Shown in pieces: positions 36,712-46,541 of a stretch of 64,000 bases of DNA. The stretch lies in the NCBI GenBank assembly GCA_014729085.1, contig WJKM01000011.1, positions 46,264 through 110,263 of the forward strand, in the 5' to 3' direction. Position numbers and translations under genes: made by a program. Under the pieces are notes generated by a model that made no database searches, was not told the DNA's origin, and worked only from the letters and a program-made list of their open reading frames with translations. This stretch comes from Candidatus Dojkabacteria bacterium (GTDB taxonomy: Bacteria > Patescibacteriota > Dojkabacteria > B142 > WJKM01). The first letter of the stretch is position 1, and the number at the start of each line of letters is the position of its first letter.

Positions 36712-36981
36712 GTCTATATTTGTATTAACTTAACTACTTAATTATAATCCAATTGCATAGTTAGGGAAATATTAAAAAATATTTTCCAGTGTGCTTTTCA
36801 CGATTATGATTAGTATAGGACAACCACAACAAGCCCCTGTAAAATTCCCTTCCTAAGGCATCCAACAGATAGAAATGATTTAGGAATTCCATAAGGCTTT
36901 GCATTTCAACAAAATTTATTTGTAGGATATTGACTTTTCATCTAACAAAGTCATACTAGCCATTTACAGTATTCGTAATCC

Positions 36982-37362
36982 TCAATAATGATAACTAAAA
37001 TTTCCAATATCTATGATCTCGACACCACCTGAGTCTGGATCAGGGTCTAAAAGTTTTGCCATAATATCAATACTTCCATAAACATAATCTCCTACATTTG
37101 CGATAGTCTGAACTGGTTGCATAATTCCATCAATCCTTCGATAACCTGTTACAATTTCTGGCTCCTTTTCACTTGCAACCATTCTGAAATCCCGTTCCCC
37201 CCATCTTGTAAACAAAACTGGTATTCTATTAATGTCAAAAAGCCATTCACATCCAGGATAGTTATCTTTTACCCAATCATATCCCGCGAGAGCCATATTG
37301 GTGGCTTTCAACGGTTGCTCCATACCAAAATTAAATACCGGATAGTTCAATTCAGATTCCAT
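36982..37362 (-). CDS. hypothetical protein
   Basis: 126-aa ORF with no recognisable motif. Confidence 0.45.
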   Translation of the reverse strand: MESELNYPVFNFGMEQPLKATNMALAGYDWVKDNYPGCEWLFDINRIPVLFTRWGERDFRMVASEKEPEIVTGYRRIDGIMQPVQTIANVGDYVYGSIDIMAKLLDPDPDSGGVEIIDIGNFSYHY

Positions 37363-37470
37363 GTTATAATTCTATTCGCGAATAAAAGCATAGTATAATA
37401 TATTGCTATTATATCAATTTAAATACCAGTCTTCAATATTATAGGTTATATAAATCCTTAAAATTTTTAT

Positions 37471-38358
37471 ATGCAAAAGGAAACTTTAATTGCGATTCTA
37501 GGTGGCCTTGGTTCTATGCTTGGATGGGGAAGCGGAGACTTTTTTGCCAGAAAATCAATTGATAAAGTAGGTAACACTGTTGCACTTTTTTGGATGCAAT
37601 TTTTGGGGATTATCCCTTTATTAATATATCTTCTGTTTACACAAGATTTTTCAGGGATTAATCTCAATAATACAACCGGTATAGTCTTTTTTGGGCTCCT
37701 AAATATGACACCCTACCTTCTTTACTATAAAGCAATAGAAAAAGGGAAGCTAAGCATAGTAAGTCCAATCAATGCCTCTTATGCGGCTTTTAGCGTAATA
37801 ATTTCGGCCCTCTTTCTTAATGAAAAAATTTCTACAACAGTATATTGGCTTCTAGGTTTAGTGTTTATAGGCATCCTGCTCCTTTCTTTTAGTTTTAAAC
37901 AACTAAAAATAGACCTGCAAGATAAAAATAATGTAAGTAAAGGTGTTTTATATGCCGTACTTTCAGCAGTGCTTTTTGGTTTCTGGTTCCCTTTATGGGA
38001 TGATTTTGTTGGAGAATCAAACTGGATAATTTTACTAATTGGTATGAGGCTTTCGGTTACAATACTTCTATATATCTATGCGAAATTTAAAAAAATAAAA
38101 TTATTTTTTAAATCCAAAAAGGTTTGGAAATGGGTTTTTATTATTGCGGCTCTGGATGCTATGGCCTTTTTTTCATTAACTTGGGCTTTTGAGGCAACAA
38201 CCCAAACTAGTGTTGTTTCTGTATTAGCAGCTACTTTCTCTTTACCTACATTAGTGCTTTCTAGAATATTTTTAAAAGAAAAACTTGCTTTAAATCAGTG
38301 GATCGGCATTATCTCAGTTCTAACCGGTATGGCTCTAATAGCTTGGTTCAGTGCCTAA
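37471..38358 (+). CDS. DMT-superfamily (EamA-like) transporter
   Basis: 295-aa ORF, 10 TM helices, two EamA-like halves. Confidence 0.65.
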   Translation: MQKETLIAILGGLGSMLGWGSGDFFARKSIDKVGNTVALFWMQFLGIIPLLIYLLFTQDFSGINLNNTTGIVFFGLLNMTPYLLYYKAIEKGKLSIVSPINASYAAFSVIISALFLNEKISTTVYWLLGLVFIGILLLSFSFKQLKIDLQDKNNVSKGVLYAVLSAVLFGFWFPLWDDFVGESNWIILLIGMRLSVTILLYIYAKFKKIKLFFKSKKVWKWVFIIAALDAMAFFSLTWAFEATTQTSVVSVLAATFSLPTLVLSRIFLKEKLALNQWIGIISVLTGMALIAWFSA

Positions 38359-38387
38359 ATCAAGATGTTATTTTTTACTTGAATTAA

Positions 38388-38771
38388 ATGATAAAAATTA
38401 ATAAAAAACAAAAGCAATTCATCGAAGAAAAAGTCCTTGCTCTAGCCTCTGTAGATGCAAATGGAGCACCTAACGTTGTAGCTGTGGCATGTTGTAAGTT
38501 GGTTGAAGGCAATAAAATCCTTATAACAGATAATTTTATGAACAAAACCAGAAAAAATTTATTGAATAATAAAGAAACCTCAATTGCAGTTTGGAGCGAA
38601 GATTGGGAAGAAGGATACCAATTTAAAGGCGAAGCACAGTATTTTTCGAAAGGCAAATGGAAAAAAATGGTCGATGAAATGAGTGAGAATAATGGGTTAC
38701 CTCATAAAGGAGCGGTATTGTTTACAATAAAGGAAATTTGGGACTTGGCCAACCCGAAAAAGTTGTGTTGA
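38388..38771 (+). CDS. pyridoxamine-5'-phosphate-oxidase-like FMN-binding split-barrel protein
   Basis: 127-aa ORF. 'LALASVDANGAPNVVAVACCKLVEGNKILITDNFMNKTRKNLLNN' is typical of the PNPOx-like/general-stress-protein-26 fold. Confidence 0.6.
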   Translation: MIKINKKQKQFIEEKVLALASVDANGAPNVVAVACCKLVEGNKILITDNFMNKTRKNLLNNKETSIAVWSEDWEEGYQFKGEAQYFSKGKWKKMVDEMSENNGLPHKGAVLFTIKEIWDLANPKKLC

Positions 38772-38792
38772 TTTCATAGGTTATTCGTTTAA

Positions 38793-40265
38793 TCAATATA
38801 CAACAATATCCCCCTCTTTAAGTCCCTCCAATATTTGTGCGTCTGTATCACTTTGAATACCAATTTCAATTTTACGTCTTTCTATCTTATTTTCCTCGGT
38901 CTTAACCTGTACATAATATTTCCCATCCTCAATATCAAATGCTGATATAGGAATGTATAAAGCATTTTCCTCCTCTTTAATAACAAACTCTACGTTCGCA
39001 GTCATTCCAAGATATACATTATCTGGCCTCTCAAATGTAACATCCACGATATAAATTACTACACCGTCTTTAACAAGGGGATTAAGAGAAATCTTAGTCA
39101 CTTCTCCTTCAAAACTTTCATCAGGCAACCCATCAAATTCAACAATTGCTTTTTGTCCAACATACATATCTACAATATCAAGCTCATTTACCTCTGCTTC
39201 AACCTTAAATTTATCCATATCTACAAGTCTTACAGGTCGTGCCCCCATTTCACCACCCATATATATATCTCCTTCTTTAAATGGGATATCTATAATAGTT
39301 CCAGTAAAAGGAGCAATAATTTGCGCATTATCTAGATTATATTGCGCAATCTCTAAACTCGCTTGTGCTTGGTCTAATTGCCCACCATACGTTCCTCCAT
39401 CATAATATAAACCCGATTTTAACTGTTCTAATTGTAACTCCTCCATTTTGTAAGCTTTCTCAGCTTTCTCAAGCATAGTTTGTGATAATTCAGTTGAATC
39501 CTCAGCCCTGATCTTCGCCATTTCATATTCAAGCGCTGCTTGTTCAGTTTGAATTTCCTGTAATTCAATTTGACCTTCTAGAGAATCCAGCTGACTATCT
39601 TGAGATATTTCAGTCATCTCAGTCTGCTCCTCTGCCCAATCTTCAGAGCCTGGTGGCACTGTTTCTTCATATTCCTCAGAAACCTCAATTGCCTGGTCAG
39701 TTTCTTTCTTAGTATTTGAATAAGTTGTTTCTAAGTTATCTTCAGCTATGGTTGCCGATTCATATGCAAGTCCTGCCTGATCAAGAGTCGCGTCGTTTAG
39801 TTCTTGACTACTTTCGTAATCATGTCTTGCCTGATCAAGGTCTATACCGCTTAATGCGAGCTTCTCTTCTTGCAAATCAATTAGTTTAGGATCTTGAGAT
39901 CTAGAAAGCGTTGAGGATACTGAACGAACTTGCCCCTGTGAATTTTTAATCTGAGCTTCAAGTACTGTTGTATCAAGCTGAGCGATAATTTGTCCTTCTG
40001 CAACTTCTTGTCCTTCTTCCACTTCGATTTTCTCAACAATACCTGAGGGAATAAAGAACAAATCTTTATGTTTAACAGGCTGTATCGTTCCATTTGTTTC
40101 AATAGTTTCTTGAATATTACCTCTTTGCACCTCAATTTCTTCAAAGTCTTCATTTTTTTGAGCACCAGCCACTTTAATTATAACTCCAAGAATTATAAGA
40201 ACAATTAAAGTTCCAATAATCATTTTTTTTCTTTTTTTCCAAATTCTCTTAAACTTTTTCCGCAT
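38793..40265 (-). CDS. HlyD/MacA-type periplasmic adaptor (membrane fusion protein) with an extended Gln/Glu-rich coiled coil
   Basis: N-terminal TM, long coiled-coil hairpin, and C-terminal beta-barrel ('IAPFTGTIIDIPFKEGDIY...'). Last gene of the MarR-ABC operon. Confidence 0.7.
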   Translation of the reverse strand: MRKKFKRIWKKRKKMIIGTLIVLIILGVIIKVAGAQKNEDFEEIEVQRGNIQETIETNGTIQPVKHKDLFFIPSGIVEKIEVEEGQEVAEGQIIAQLDTTVLEAQIKNSQGQVRSVSSTLSRSQDPKLIDLQEEKLALSGIDLDQARHDYESSQELNDATLDQAGLAYESATIAEDNLETTYSNTKKETDQAIEVSEEYEETVPPGSEDWAEEQTEMTEISQDSQLDSLEGQIELQEIQTEQAALEYEMAKIRAEDSTELSQTMLEKAEKAYKMEELQLEQLKSGLYYDGGTYGGQLDQAQASLEIAQYNLDNAQIIAPFTGTIIDIPFKEGDIYMGGEMGARPVRLVDMDKFKVEAEVNELDIVDMYVGQKAIVEFDGLPDESFEGEVTKISLNPLVKDGVVIYIVDVTFERPDNVYLGMTANVEFVIKEEENALYIPISAFDIEDGKYYVQVKTEENKIERRKIEIGIQSDTDAQILEGLKEGDIVVY

Positions 40266-40285
40266 TAATTACATTAAATTAAAAA

Positions 40286-41506
40286 TTATTCGTATCTTAA
40301 AGCATCAATAGGGTTTAACTTTGATGCTTTTTTTGCTGGATAAATACCAAAGACAAGTCCAATTATAATTGAAAATACCACTGCAAGTATAATAGAATCT
40401 ATATAAATACTCGAACCCAAACTCGCAAGCTTACTAAGTATTGTAGATAGTCCGACACCCAAGGCCATACCCCCTAACCCTCCTAACATTGTAACAATTA
40501 TTGATTCTGTTAAAAACTGAAATAAAATATCTCTATTTCTCGCTCCAAGTGATTTTCTTAAACCGATCTCTTTGGTTCTCTCTGTAATACTTACAAACAT
40601 TATATTCATAACCCCTATACCCCCAACCAATAAAGAGATAGCTGCAATTGCGGCTAAAAAAATAGTAAAAATCCCAGTCACCTGCTGTATAGTTTCCAGA
40701 AATTCACCCGCATCGCTTATTGAAAAAGTTTTATCATCTCCTTCTCTAATCCTCCTTATTTTACTAAAAATTTCATCTGCTTCTGTCTTAGCATACTCCA
40801 CAAGTTCAGGATCTTTTGCAGAAGCAATTATATATGCAATCTTATCTTTCTTTAATAAATATCTATAAAAAGCACTATATGGTACTATTATCACATCATC
40901 CTGATCTTGAAAAGATGAAGACCCTTTAGATTCAAATACTCCAACAACTTGAAAATTTACATTTCCAACTTTGATATCTTTTCCAATTGGATCCTCATCT
41001 TCAAATAGGGTATCTGCCACCTTCGGCCCTATTGTGGTAACTTTTTTATACTGATCCATGTCCTGCTGATTAACCATTCTTCCAATATCAGCTTTATACT
41101 CCATCAAATCTATATAACTTCCACTTGTGTATGAATTTAATTCTATAAACTTATCTTTTGTTAGATACTTAGCATTATACATCCCAAAAGCCCCAGCTGT
41201 GGCCTTATCAATATATCTTTTTGAATATCTTTCAAATTGCTCGATTTCGTTTAAAGTAAAATTATCTGTAAGGCCTGGAGGACCACTAAAGCTACCCTCT
41301 CTATTTCCAGGCAGGATATATATATTATCCGAACCAAATGATTCAAAACTGGATTCAATCCAATCTTGTGCTGCTTTACCCACTCCAAGTAATGTAAGGA
41401 TGGATGCAACACCTATAATAATACCTAAAGTAGTCAACAAAGTCCTCGTCTTGTTAGACCAAAGTGAATCTAGTGCTATTTTTACGTAACCCCAGAAATA
41501 CTGCAT
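40286..41506 (-). CDS. ABC transporter permease, FtsX/MacB-type
   Basis: N-terminal TM plus a large periplasmic domain, then the 3-TM FtsX core 'GIGVMNIMFVSITERTKEIGLRKSLGA'. Confidence 0.8.
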   Translation of the reverse strand: MQYFWGYVKIALDSLWSNKTRTLLTTLGIIIGVASILTLLGVGKAAQDWIESSFESFGSDNIYILPGNREGSFSGPPGLTDNFTLNEIEQFERYSKRYIDKATAGAFGMYNAKYLTKDKFIELNSYTSGSYIDLMEYKADIGRMVNQQDMDQYKKVTTIGPKVADTLFEDEDPIGKDIKVGNVNFQVVGVFESKGSSSFQDQDDVIIVPYSAFYRYLLKKDKIAYIIASAKDPELVEYAKTEADEIFSKIRRIREGDDKTFSISDAGEFLETIQQVTGIFTIFLAAIAAISLLVGGIGVMNIMFVSITERTKEIGLRKSLGARNRDILFQFLTESIIVTMLGGLGGMALGVGLSTILSKLASLGSSIYIDSIILAVVFSIIIGLVFGIYPAKKASKLNPIDALRYE

Positions 41507-41529
41507 AATTGTAAATTAAAGATCATAAA

Positions 41530-42240
41530 TTATTTAATTTTTTCTAAATCCATCTCCTTCTTGTTAATAAACCTGTCCTCAATTAAACCGTCCTTTAAGT
41601 ATACGGTTTCATTTGCATATTTTGCTATATGATTTTCATGTGTAATTATTACTATCGTTTTACCCTCGTCATGAATTGTCTCAAATATTTCCATAACTTG
41701 GCCTCCTGTTTTAGTATCAAGATTGCCAGTAGGTTCATCTGCCAAAATGATGGATGGATCCATAACTAAACTTCGAGCTATAGCTACTCTCTGTACTTGC
41801 CCACCTGAAAGTTGGTTTGGTTTATTTTTTAATTTATCTTCCAATCCGACTTTCTTAAGTACATCAATAGCCCTGTGCTTCCATTCTTTTTTAGATACAT
41901 GCGAATATAGAAAAGGTAGCATCACATTATCAAGAACAGAAATCTTAGGCAACAAGTTAAATGCTTGAAAAACAAATCCTATCCTCTCATTCCTAATTCC
42001 GGATAATTCATCATCATCTAATTTTCGAATATCTATTCCATCCAAAAGATATTTACCTTCGGTCGGTACATCCAAACAACCTAAAATATGGAGCATCGTA
42101 GATTTACCACTGCCTGAAGGTCCCATTATTGAAATAAAATCTCCTTTACGAACAATTAAATCAATCCCCTTCAATGCTTCATAAGATGTGTCGCCGGTGA
42201 TATATGTTTTTTTTAAGTCCTGTAATTCAATTAATTTCAT
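41530..42240 (-). CDS. ABC transporter ATP-binding protein (MacB/LolD-like)
   Basis: Walker A 'GPSGSGKST', signature '[15 protein letters not shown]', Walker B '[11 protein letters not shown]', H-loop 'IVIITHE'. Confidence 0.85.
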   Translation of the reverse strand: MKLIELQDLKKTYITGDTSYEALKGIDLIVRKGDFISIMGPSGSGKSTMLHILGCLDVPTEGKYLLDGIDIRKLDDDELSGIRNERIGFVFQAFNLLPKISVLDNVMLPFLYSHVSKKEWKHRAIDVLKKVGLEDKLKNKPNQLSGGQVQRVAIARSLVMDPSIILADEPTGNLDTKTGGQVMEIFETIHDEGKTIVIITHENHIAKYANETVYLKDGLIEDRFINKKEMDLEKIK

Positions 42241-42692
42241 TTTTGCTTCATATTATTTAATTTTTCCTGAGCAGCATTAGCCATTTTTTCAGCTATTGTA
42301 ATCAAATTCTTTTTTTCTTTTTCCGAAAGAGAACTAATTATACTTTTGAATGTATTCATCTTATCTTTGAAAAATCTTTTTATCATTTTGTTTGCTTCTT
42401 TTGATAATCTCACCTTTACTACTCTTCTGTCATTTATATCGTTATATCTTTCAACTAATCCTTTTTTCTTAAGAACAGTAATTTGCTGAGTCATTGAAGC
42501 AGGTTTAACCATAAACTGCTTAGCTAAATCACTCATCTTTAAACCATTTGAATGGGAAATATGATACAAAATCCTTGTCTGCAAAATTGTCAAGTCCCAT
42601 TCCTCATCACAAGTCCTACCAATCATCGAAATACGACGCGATACTTTAAAAAAAGCCATCATTATTTTTTGATCAACATCATTCGGAGACAT
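42237..42692 (-). CDS. MarR-family transcriptional regulator
   Basis: 151-aa ORF with a winged HTH 'LKMSDLAKQFMVKPASMTQQITVLKKKGLVERYNDINDRR'. Stop overlaps the ABC ATPase start (ATGA). Confidence 0.7.
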   Translation of the reverse strand: MSPNDVDQKIMMAFFKVSRRISMIGRTCDEEWDLTILQTRILYHISHSNGLKMSDLAKQFMVKPASMTQQITVLKKKGLVERYNDINDRRVVKVRLSKEANKMIKRFFKDKMNTFKSIISSLSEKEKKNLITIAEKMANAAQEKLNNMKQK

Positions 42693-42838
42693 ATATATTA
42701 ACTAACCAAATTATTAATCTACCTAAATATTAGATAATCTAAGTATAAAATATTTTCAAATATTTAGTCAAAGATTATTATTTCTTGACTTAACCTGCTT
42801 CTCTTAAAAAGGTATAATCTGCTTTATCAATAATCAAG

Positions 42839-43729
42839 ATGTTTAATTGGATAACTTATGCTTTTGCAAGTGTCTCCTCCCTTGCAACAAAAGACATTTT
42901 ACAAAAAAAGATAGCTAAAAAAAATGGTGTCTATTCAATATTATCTGTACAAAATTTCTTCTCTCTTATAATCAGCTTAATAATTGCGCTATTTCTTGGA
43001 ATAAGTCTTACTCTAGACAGAGAAGGATTAATATTCTGCCTTATAGCACTCTTACAATCAATTGGATCCATTGGCAAAGCCAATGCAATAGATGTCAATA
43101 TGTCTGCCACATCCATTGTGAACTCATTCTCACCCATCTTTCCAATAATACTTGCCTTTATTTTCCTAAACGAATTTGTTTACTTCAATCCTAGGTCATT
43201 AGAAGGATTAATTAGAATATTTACATTAATCCTTCTCCCAATTGTAATATTGCTTCTAAAATCGAATAAACTGGGAAGGAAAGGAAAAACAAATGCATTC
43301 TGGATTATTAATATCCTTTTACAGCTAGTTTTTCATGGTTTGACGACTTTTTTAAATAAATACTATCTTGATTTTAATAATATTTGGAAAAATATAGTTT
43401 ATACAAGGATTGTGACTTTCATAGTATCTTCTCTATTTATGTTAATGAAGAAAGAAAAGTGGGAAAGAACGCCCAAATTTTTAGGTAAAGGTTTTTTAAA
43501 CGGATCACTTATAATTTTTTCAGCATCCACACATAGAACTGCTGTCGTTCTATCCCCACTCAGCATCTATCAAACATTTAGAAAACCTTTATTAATAATT
43601 TTCTCTACCCTTGCCGGTATGCAAATTTTCAAGGAAGGAAAAAAACTTAATAAAAAGCAGATAGCTGGATTCATTTTAGGATTGATAAGTTTATTGTTTA
43701 TTATATTTACAAGTTTACAATTAAAATAA
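42839..43729 (+). CDS. polytopic membrane protein, DMT/EamA-like (divergent)
   Basis: 296-aa ORF with about 10 TM helices. It resembles the other two EamA-like genes in topology only. Confidence 0.5.
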   Translation: MFNWITYAFASVSSLATKDILQKKIAKKNGVYSILSVQNFFSLIISLIIALFLGISLTLDREGLIFCLIALLQSIGSIGKANAIDVNMSATSIVNSFSPIFPIILAFIFLNEFVYFNPRSLEGLIRIFTLILLPIVILLLKSNKLGRKGKTNAFWIINILLQLVFHGLTTFLNKYYLDFNNIWKNIVYTRIVTFIVSSLFMLMKKEKWERTPKFLGKGFLNGSLIIFSASTHRTAVVLSPLSIYQTFRKPLLIIFSTLAGMQIFKEGKKLNKKQIAGFILGLISLLFIIFTSLQLK

Positions 43730-43737
43730 ATTCAGTA

Positions 43738-44502
43738 ATGATGAAACTAATCACACTAAACTGCCAACGGGCTTATCGGAAAAAGAGTATCTCGAAATAT
43801 CTACAGAGTGTTATAGAAAAAACAGAACATGATTTTATCTGTTTGCAGGAGGTAAATTCGGAGATGAGAGCAATATTAAAACAATTAATTCAATCTTCAA
43901 AAAAATATCAACTCCTCGATAGTAAGGATGTTCAAAATGGGAAGATTACCGAATCCGCAATAATATATTTAAATAAATATAAAATTCGCGATCAAGGAGT
44001 GCTTTCTTTTCTAAAAAAACAACATAAAGATTCAAAGGCACATGGACTGTTGTATGGGGTATTCAAATATAAAGATAAAACCTTTTGGATAGGATCAATA
44101 CACTTACCTGCCGGTATCAAAATTTTTCAAAGAATAAAGGCTCTTAAAAATACAATGGTTTTACTGAGGACACTTGAAGAAATAAAATCTACGATTAAAA
44201 TCATTGGTGGAGATTTTAATACTGGCTGGTTTGAAGATATTCTGTTCCAAGACAAAATACTAAAGCCTGAATTTAAACGTTTTTCAGATTACCAGTCTGG
44301 CTCTTTTAGTAGTAAATATCTAGAAGACACAAGCCTGATGTATAAAATCTACGGTTATCTTGGAAAGTTAAATATATATGTATCATTTAAAACCGACAAA
44401 TTCTATATAGATCTGAATTCGTACGGTCAATATAAAACTAAAGTGAAAAATATTGATGTTGTAGTCTCTGATCACCGACCAATTGAATTAATCCTGAAGT
44501 AG
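43738..44502 (+). CDS. endonuclease/exonuclease/phosphatase (EEP) family protein
   Basis: 'LITLNCQR...HDFICLQEV' at the N-terminus and 'VVVSDHRPIELIL' (SDHxP) at the C-terminus. Confidence 0.7.
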   Translation: MMKLITLNCQRAYRKKSISKYLQSVIEKTEHDFICLQEVNSEMRAILKQLIQSSKKYQLLDSKDVQNGKITESAIIYLNKYKIRDQGVLSFLKKQHKDSKAHGLLYGVFKYKDKTFWIGSIHLPAGIKIFQRIKALKNTMVLLRTLEEIKSTIKIIGGDFNTGWFEDILFQDKILKPEFKRFSDYQSGSFSSKYLEDTSLMYKIYGYLGKLNIYVSFKTDKFYIDLNSYGQYKTKVKNIDVVVSDHRPIELILK

Positions 44503-44871
44503 TTTTTGGATTTACAACTATTCTCTTTTTTCAAGGCCTTCCTCCTTTTTTGATATATCCCAATTCTGGTCCATCTCCTGTTCATCTCCTTCTGCATATA
44601 AATCCTCTCCTTTTATATCTAGATCTTCGCCTCCCCATCCTTTCTCATATGTCATAACAAAGACTCCTGACATATAAAATAAACTTCCGTGTCTCATTAT
44701 ATCTAAATTTATGGTATTGTCTACATAAAAGATACTAACTTAGCATTACCTTGATATTCATTAATGTAATGAGTATACTTAACCGTAGATAACTTATTAC
44801 CTGAAACATATGTGTGATTCATGCGGATGTGGAGAATCAAATACAGAAGACGAAGAATAGATTAACTTTAT

Positions 44872-45363
44872 CTATAAATCTTCACCCTTTAAAAAAGAAT
44901 AAAATCCTGAAGTAATTACCCCTAGAATAAGAAAGATGAGCAGAGGTAGAATAGTTGCATAAAAAATTTGGCCTAAAGTAATGGATGATAAGTATTGTAA
45001 GGTAAACATTTCTCCAAAAGGATTGACAAAAAATTTACCATATATATAGTCAATTACACTACCTGCGAATTTAACGCCATATTGGATAATCCAAAAAAAT
45101 AAGGCATATAGAAAGCCTGCGATCCAAAATTTTGGCTGGAAAACAGATCTCACGACAATAAAGGGGAGTACGAAAATTATGGTATTAAAAAAGCTAATAA
45201 TTATAGTTTTGATAACAAAAAAACTTATATCAAAATTTGTCTCTACTCCAAAATTTGATGCTATTCTCCAATTTATATACACTGTCATTAATAAATAAAT
45301 CAGGAAAACTGGAACGCACAAAATTATTATCTTTTTGATACCTATCTCCTTCAATTGCTTCAT
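44872..45363 (-). CDS. hypothetical membrane protein (4-5 TM)
   Basis: 163-aa hydrophobic ORF. Confidence 0.45.
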   Translation of the reverse strand: MKQLKEIGIKKIIILCVPVFLIYLLMTVYINWRIASNFGVETNFDISFFVIKTIIISFFNTIIFVLPFIVVRSVFQPKFWIAGFLYALFFWIIQYGVKFAGSVIDYIYGKFFVNPFGEMFTLQYLSSITLGQIFYATILPLLIFLILGVITSGFYSFLKGEDL

Positions 45364-45373
45364 AAAATGATTT

Positions 45374-45874
45374 TTAGAATTTATATCCTATTGTCCTTAA
45401 AAATTGGTTTCTTTCTTTTTTATCTTTTGTTTTCTCCACCTTATCGGTTGCTTCTCCGTCTACTACACCTAGAATAGCCCGCCCCTGCTCCGTTTCTGCT
45501 ATAACAACCTGTACAGGATTAGCTGTAGCACAAAAAATTCGACATACCTCTGGGACGTGCCTTACATCTTTCAATATGCTTATTGGAAATGTATCTTTCA
45601 GAAAAATCACAAAGCTATGTCCAGCTTTGATTTTTTTTGCATTTTCAATTGCAAGTTTCTCCATCTCTTTATCCGTGCTTGAATATCTAATTAACTTAGG
45701 GCCACTTGCCTCGCAAAAAGCCAAACCGAACTTTATCCCCGGAACCGATCCTACCAATGCTTCATGAATATCTTCAACAGATTTTATAAAATGGGTCATT
45801 CCAATAATTACATTTACACTCATATCCCCTTCCGGTCTTTGAACTTTTACAGTAGAAAGATTTAATTCCGACAT
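45374..45874 (-). CDS. hypothetical protein, possibly adenosine-specific-kinase-like (PF04008-type) fold
   Basis: 166-aa ORF. 'NVIIGMTHFIKSVEDIHEALVGSVPGIKFGLAFCEASGP' resembles what I recall of the DUF355/Adenosine_kin family. Weak, from memory. Confidence 0.35.
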   Translation of the reverse strand: MSELNLSTVKVQRPEGDMSVNVIIGMTHFIKSVEDIHEALVGSVPGIKFGLAFCEASGPKLIRYSSTDKEMEKLAIENAKKIKAGHSFVIFLKDTFPISILKDVRHVPEVCRIFCATANPVQVVIAETEQGRAILGVVDGEATDKVEKTKDKKERNQFLRTIGYKF

Positions 45875-46046
45875 ATTTATAATATAAAAACTTATACTTG
45901 AACTATTAAATTATACAGGAATTTATTTGGGGATTTTGAGAAAACTCATTCTTCTGCTTAAACAAATCAGAGAATCTACTTCATTATGTTTCCACTCAAC
46001 TCATTAAATATAAAAATATACTCAAAAACGATATGTCATTAAATTT

Positions 46047-46262
46047 TCATTGTTTTACAAAAGGACATTTCCCGGTCGCACAAGGTGGTTGCTTGGCTTT
46101 CTTTGCATTGGAATCACCGGCAATATTCGGGACGGAAAAAATTCTGTCCATTTCTTTTGACTCACATTCTGGACACTCTAATTTGGAACCATTCTCAAAG
46201 CCCATAGGAAGGTCAAACTCGCTGATAACATGACATTTTTTACATTTAAAATCATACCGCAT
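46047..46262 (-). CDS. FmdB-family zinc-ribbon protein
   Basis: 'MRYDFKCKKCHVISEF...CPECES' is the FmdB CxxC...CxxC arrangement with the typical M-x-Y-(D/E)-(F/Y)-x-C start. Confidence 0.65.
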   Translation of the reverse strand: MRYDFKCKKCHVISEFDLPMGFENGSKLECPECESKEMDRIFSVPNIAGDSNAKKAKQPPCATGKCPFVKQ

Positions 46263-46279
46263 TTTGCGTAAATATAAAT

Positions 46280-46513
46280 TTATTTCTCTTGAGAGTCCTT
46301 ATTAGACTTCATATTTTTCTTCTCCTTATATTTTTTATATGCTCCATAACCAAGTAGCAATGGGGCCCCGACAACACACAAAGGACAAGCTGTTCCTAGC
46401 AAAACAAGTTCACCAGCAGCAACGGCACCTAACGCCCCACCCGCAAGCAAAGATGCATCTGCAGAATTGTCTTTATGAGGTGATTCGGTATTGTCTTTCT
46501 GAATTTCTTCCAT
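46280..46513 (-). CDS. small Gly/Ala-rich single-TM protein (speculative)
   Basis: 77-aa ORF 'LLAGGALGAVAAGELVLLGTACPLCVVGAPLLLGYGAY'. Has coding-like context next to the FmdB gene. Confidence 0.35.
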   Translation of the reverse strand: MEEIQKDNTESPHKDNSADASLLAGGALGAVAAGELVLLGTACPLCVVGAPLLLGYGAYKKYKEKKNMKSNKDSQEK

Positions 46514-46541
46514 ATCAATAATAAATTAAAAATTGAACTAC

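Noticed and set aside
44518-44697. 59-aa acidic minus-strand ORF (MRHGSLFYMSGVFVMTYEKGWGGEDLDIKGEDLYAEGDEQEMDQNWDISKKEEGLEKRE)
   Set aside because: No recognisable motif and no conservation evidence is available. It is just below the size threshold and lies in an AT-rich spacer. Possible, but unsupported.
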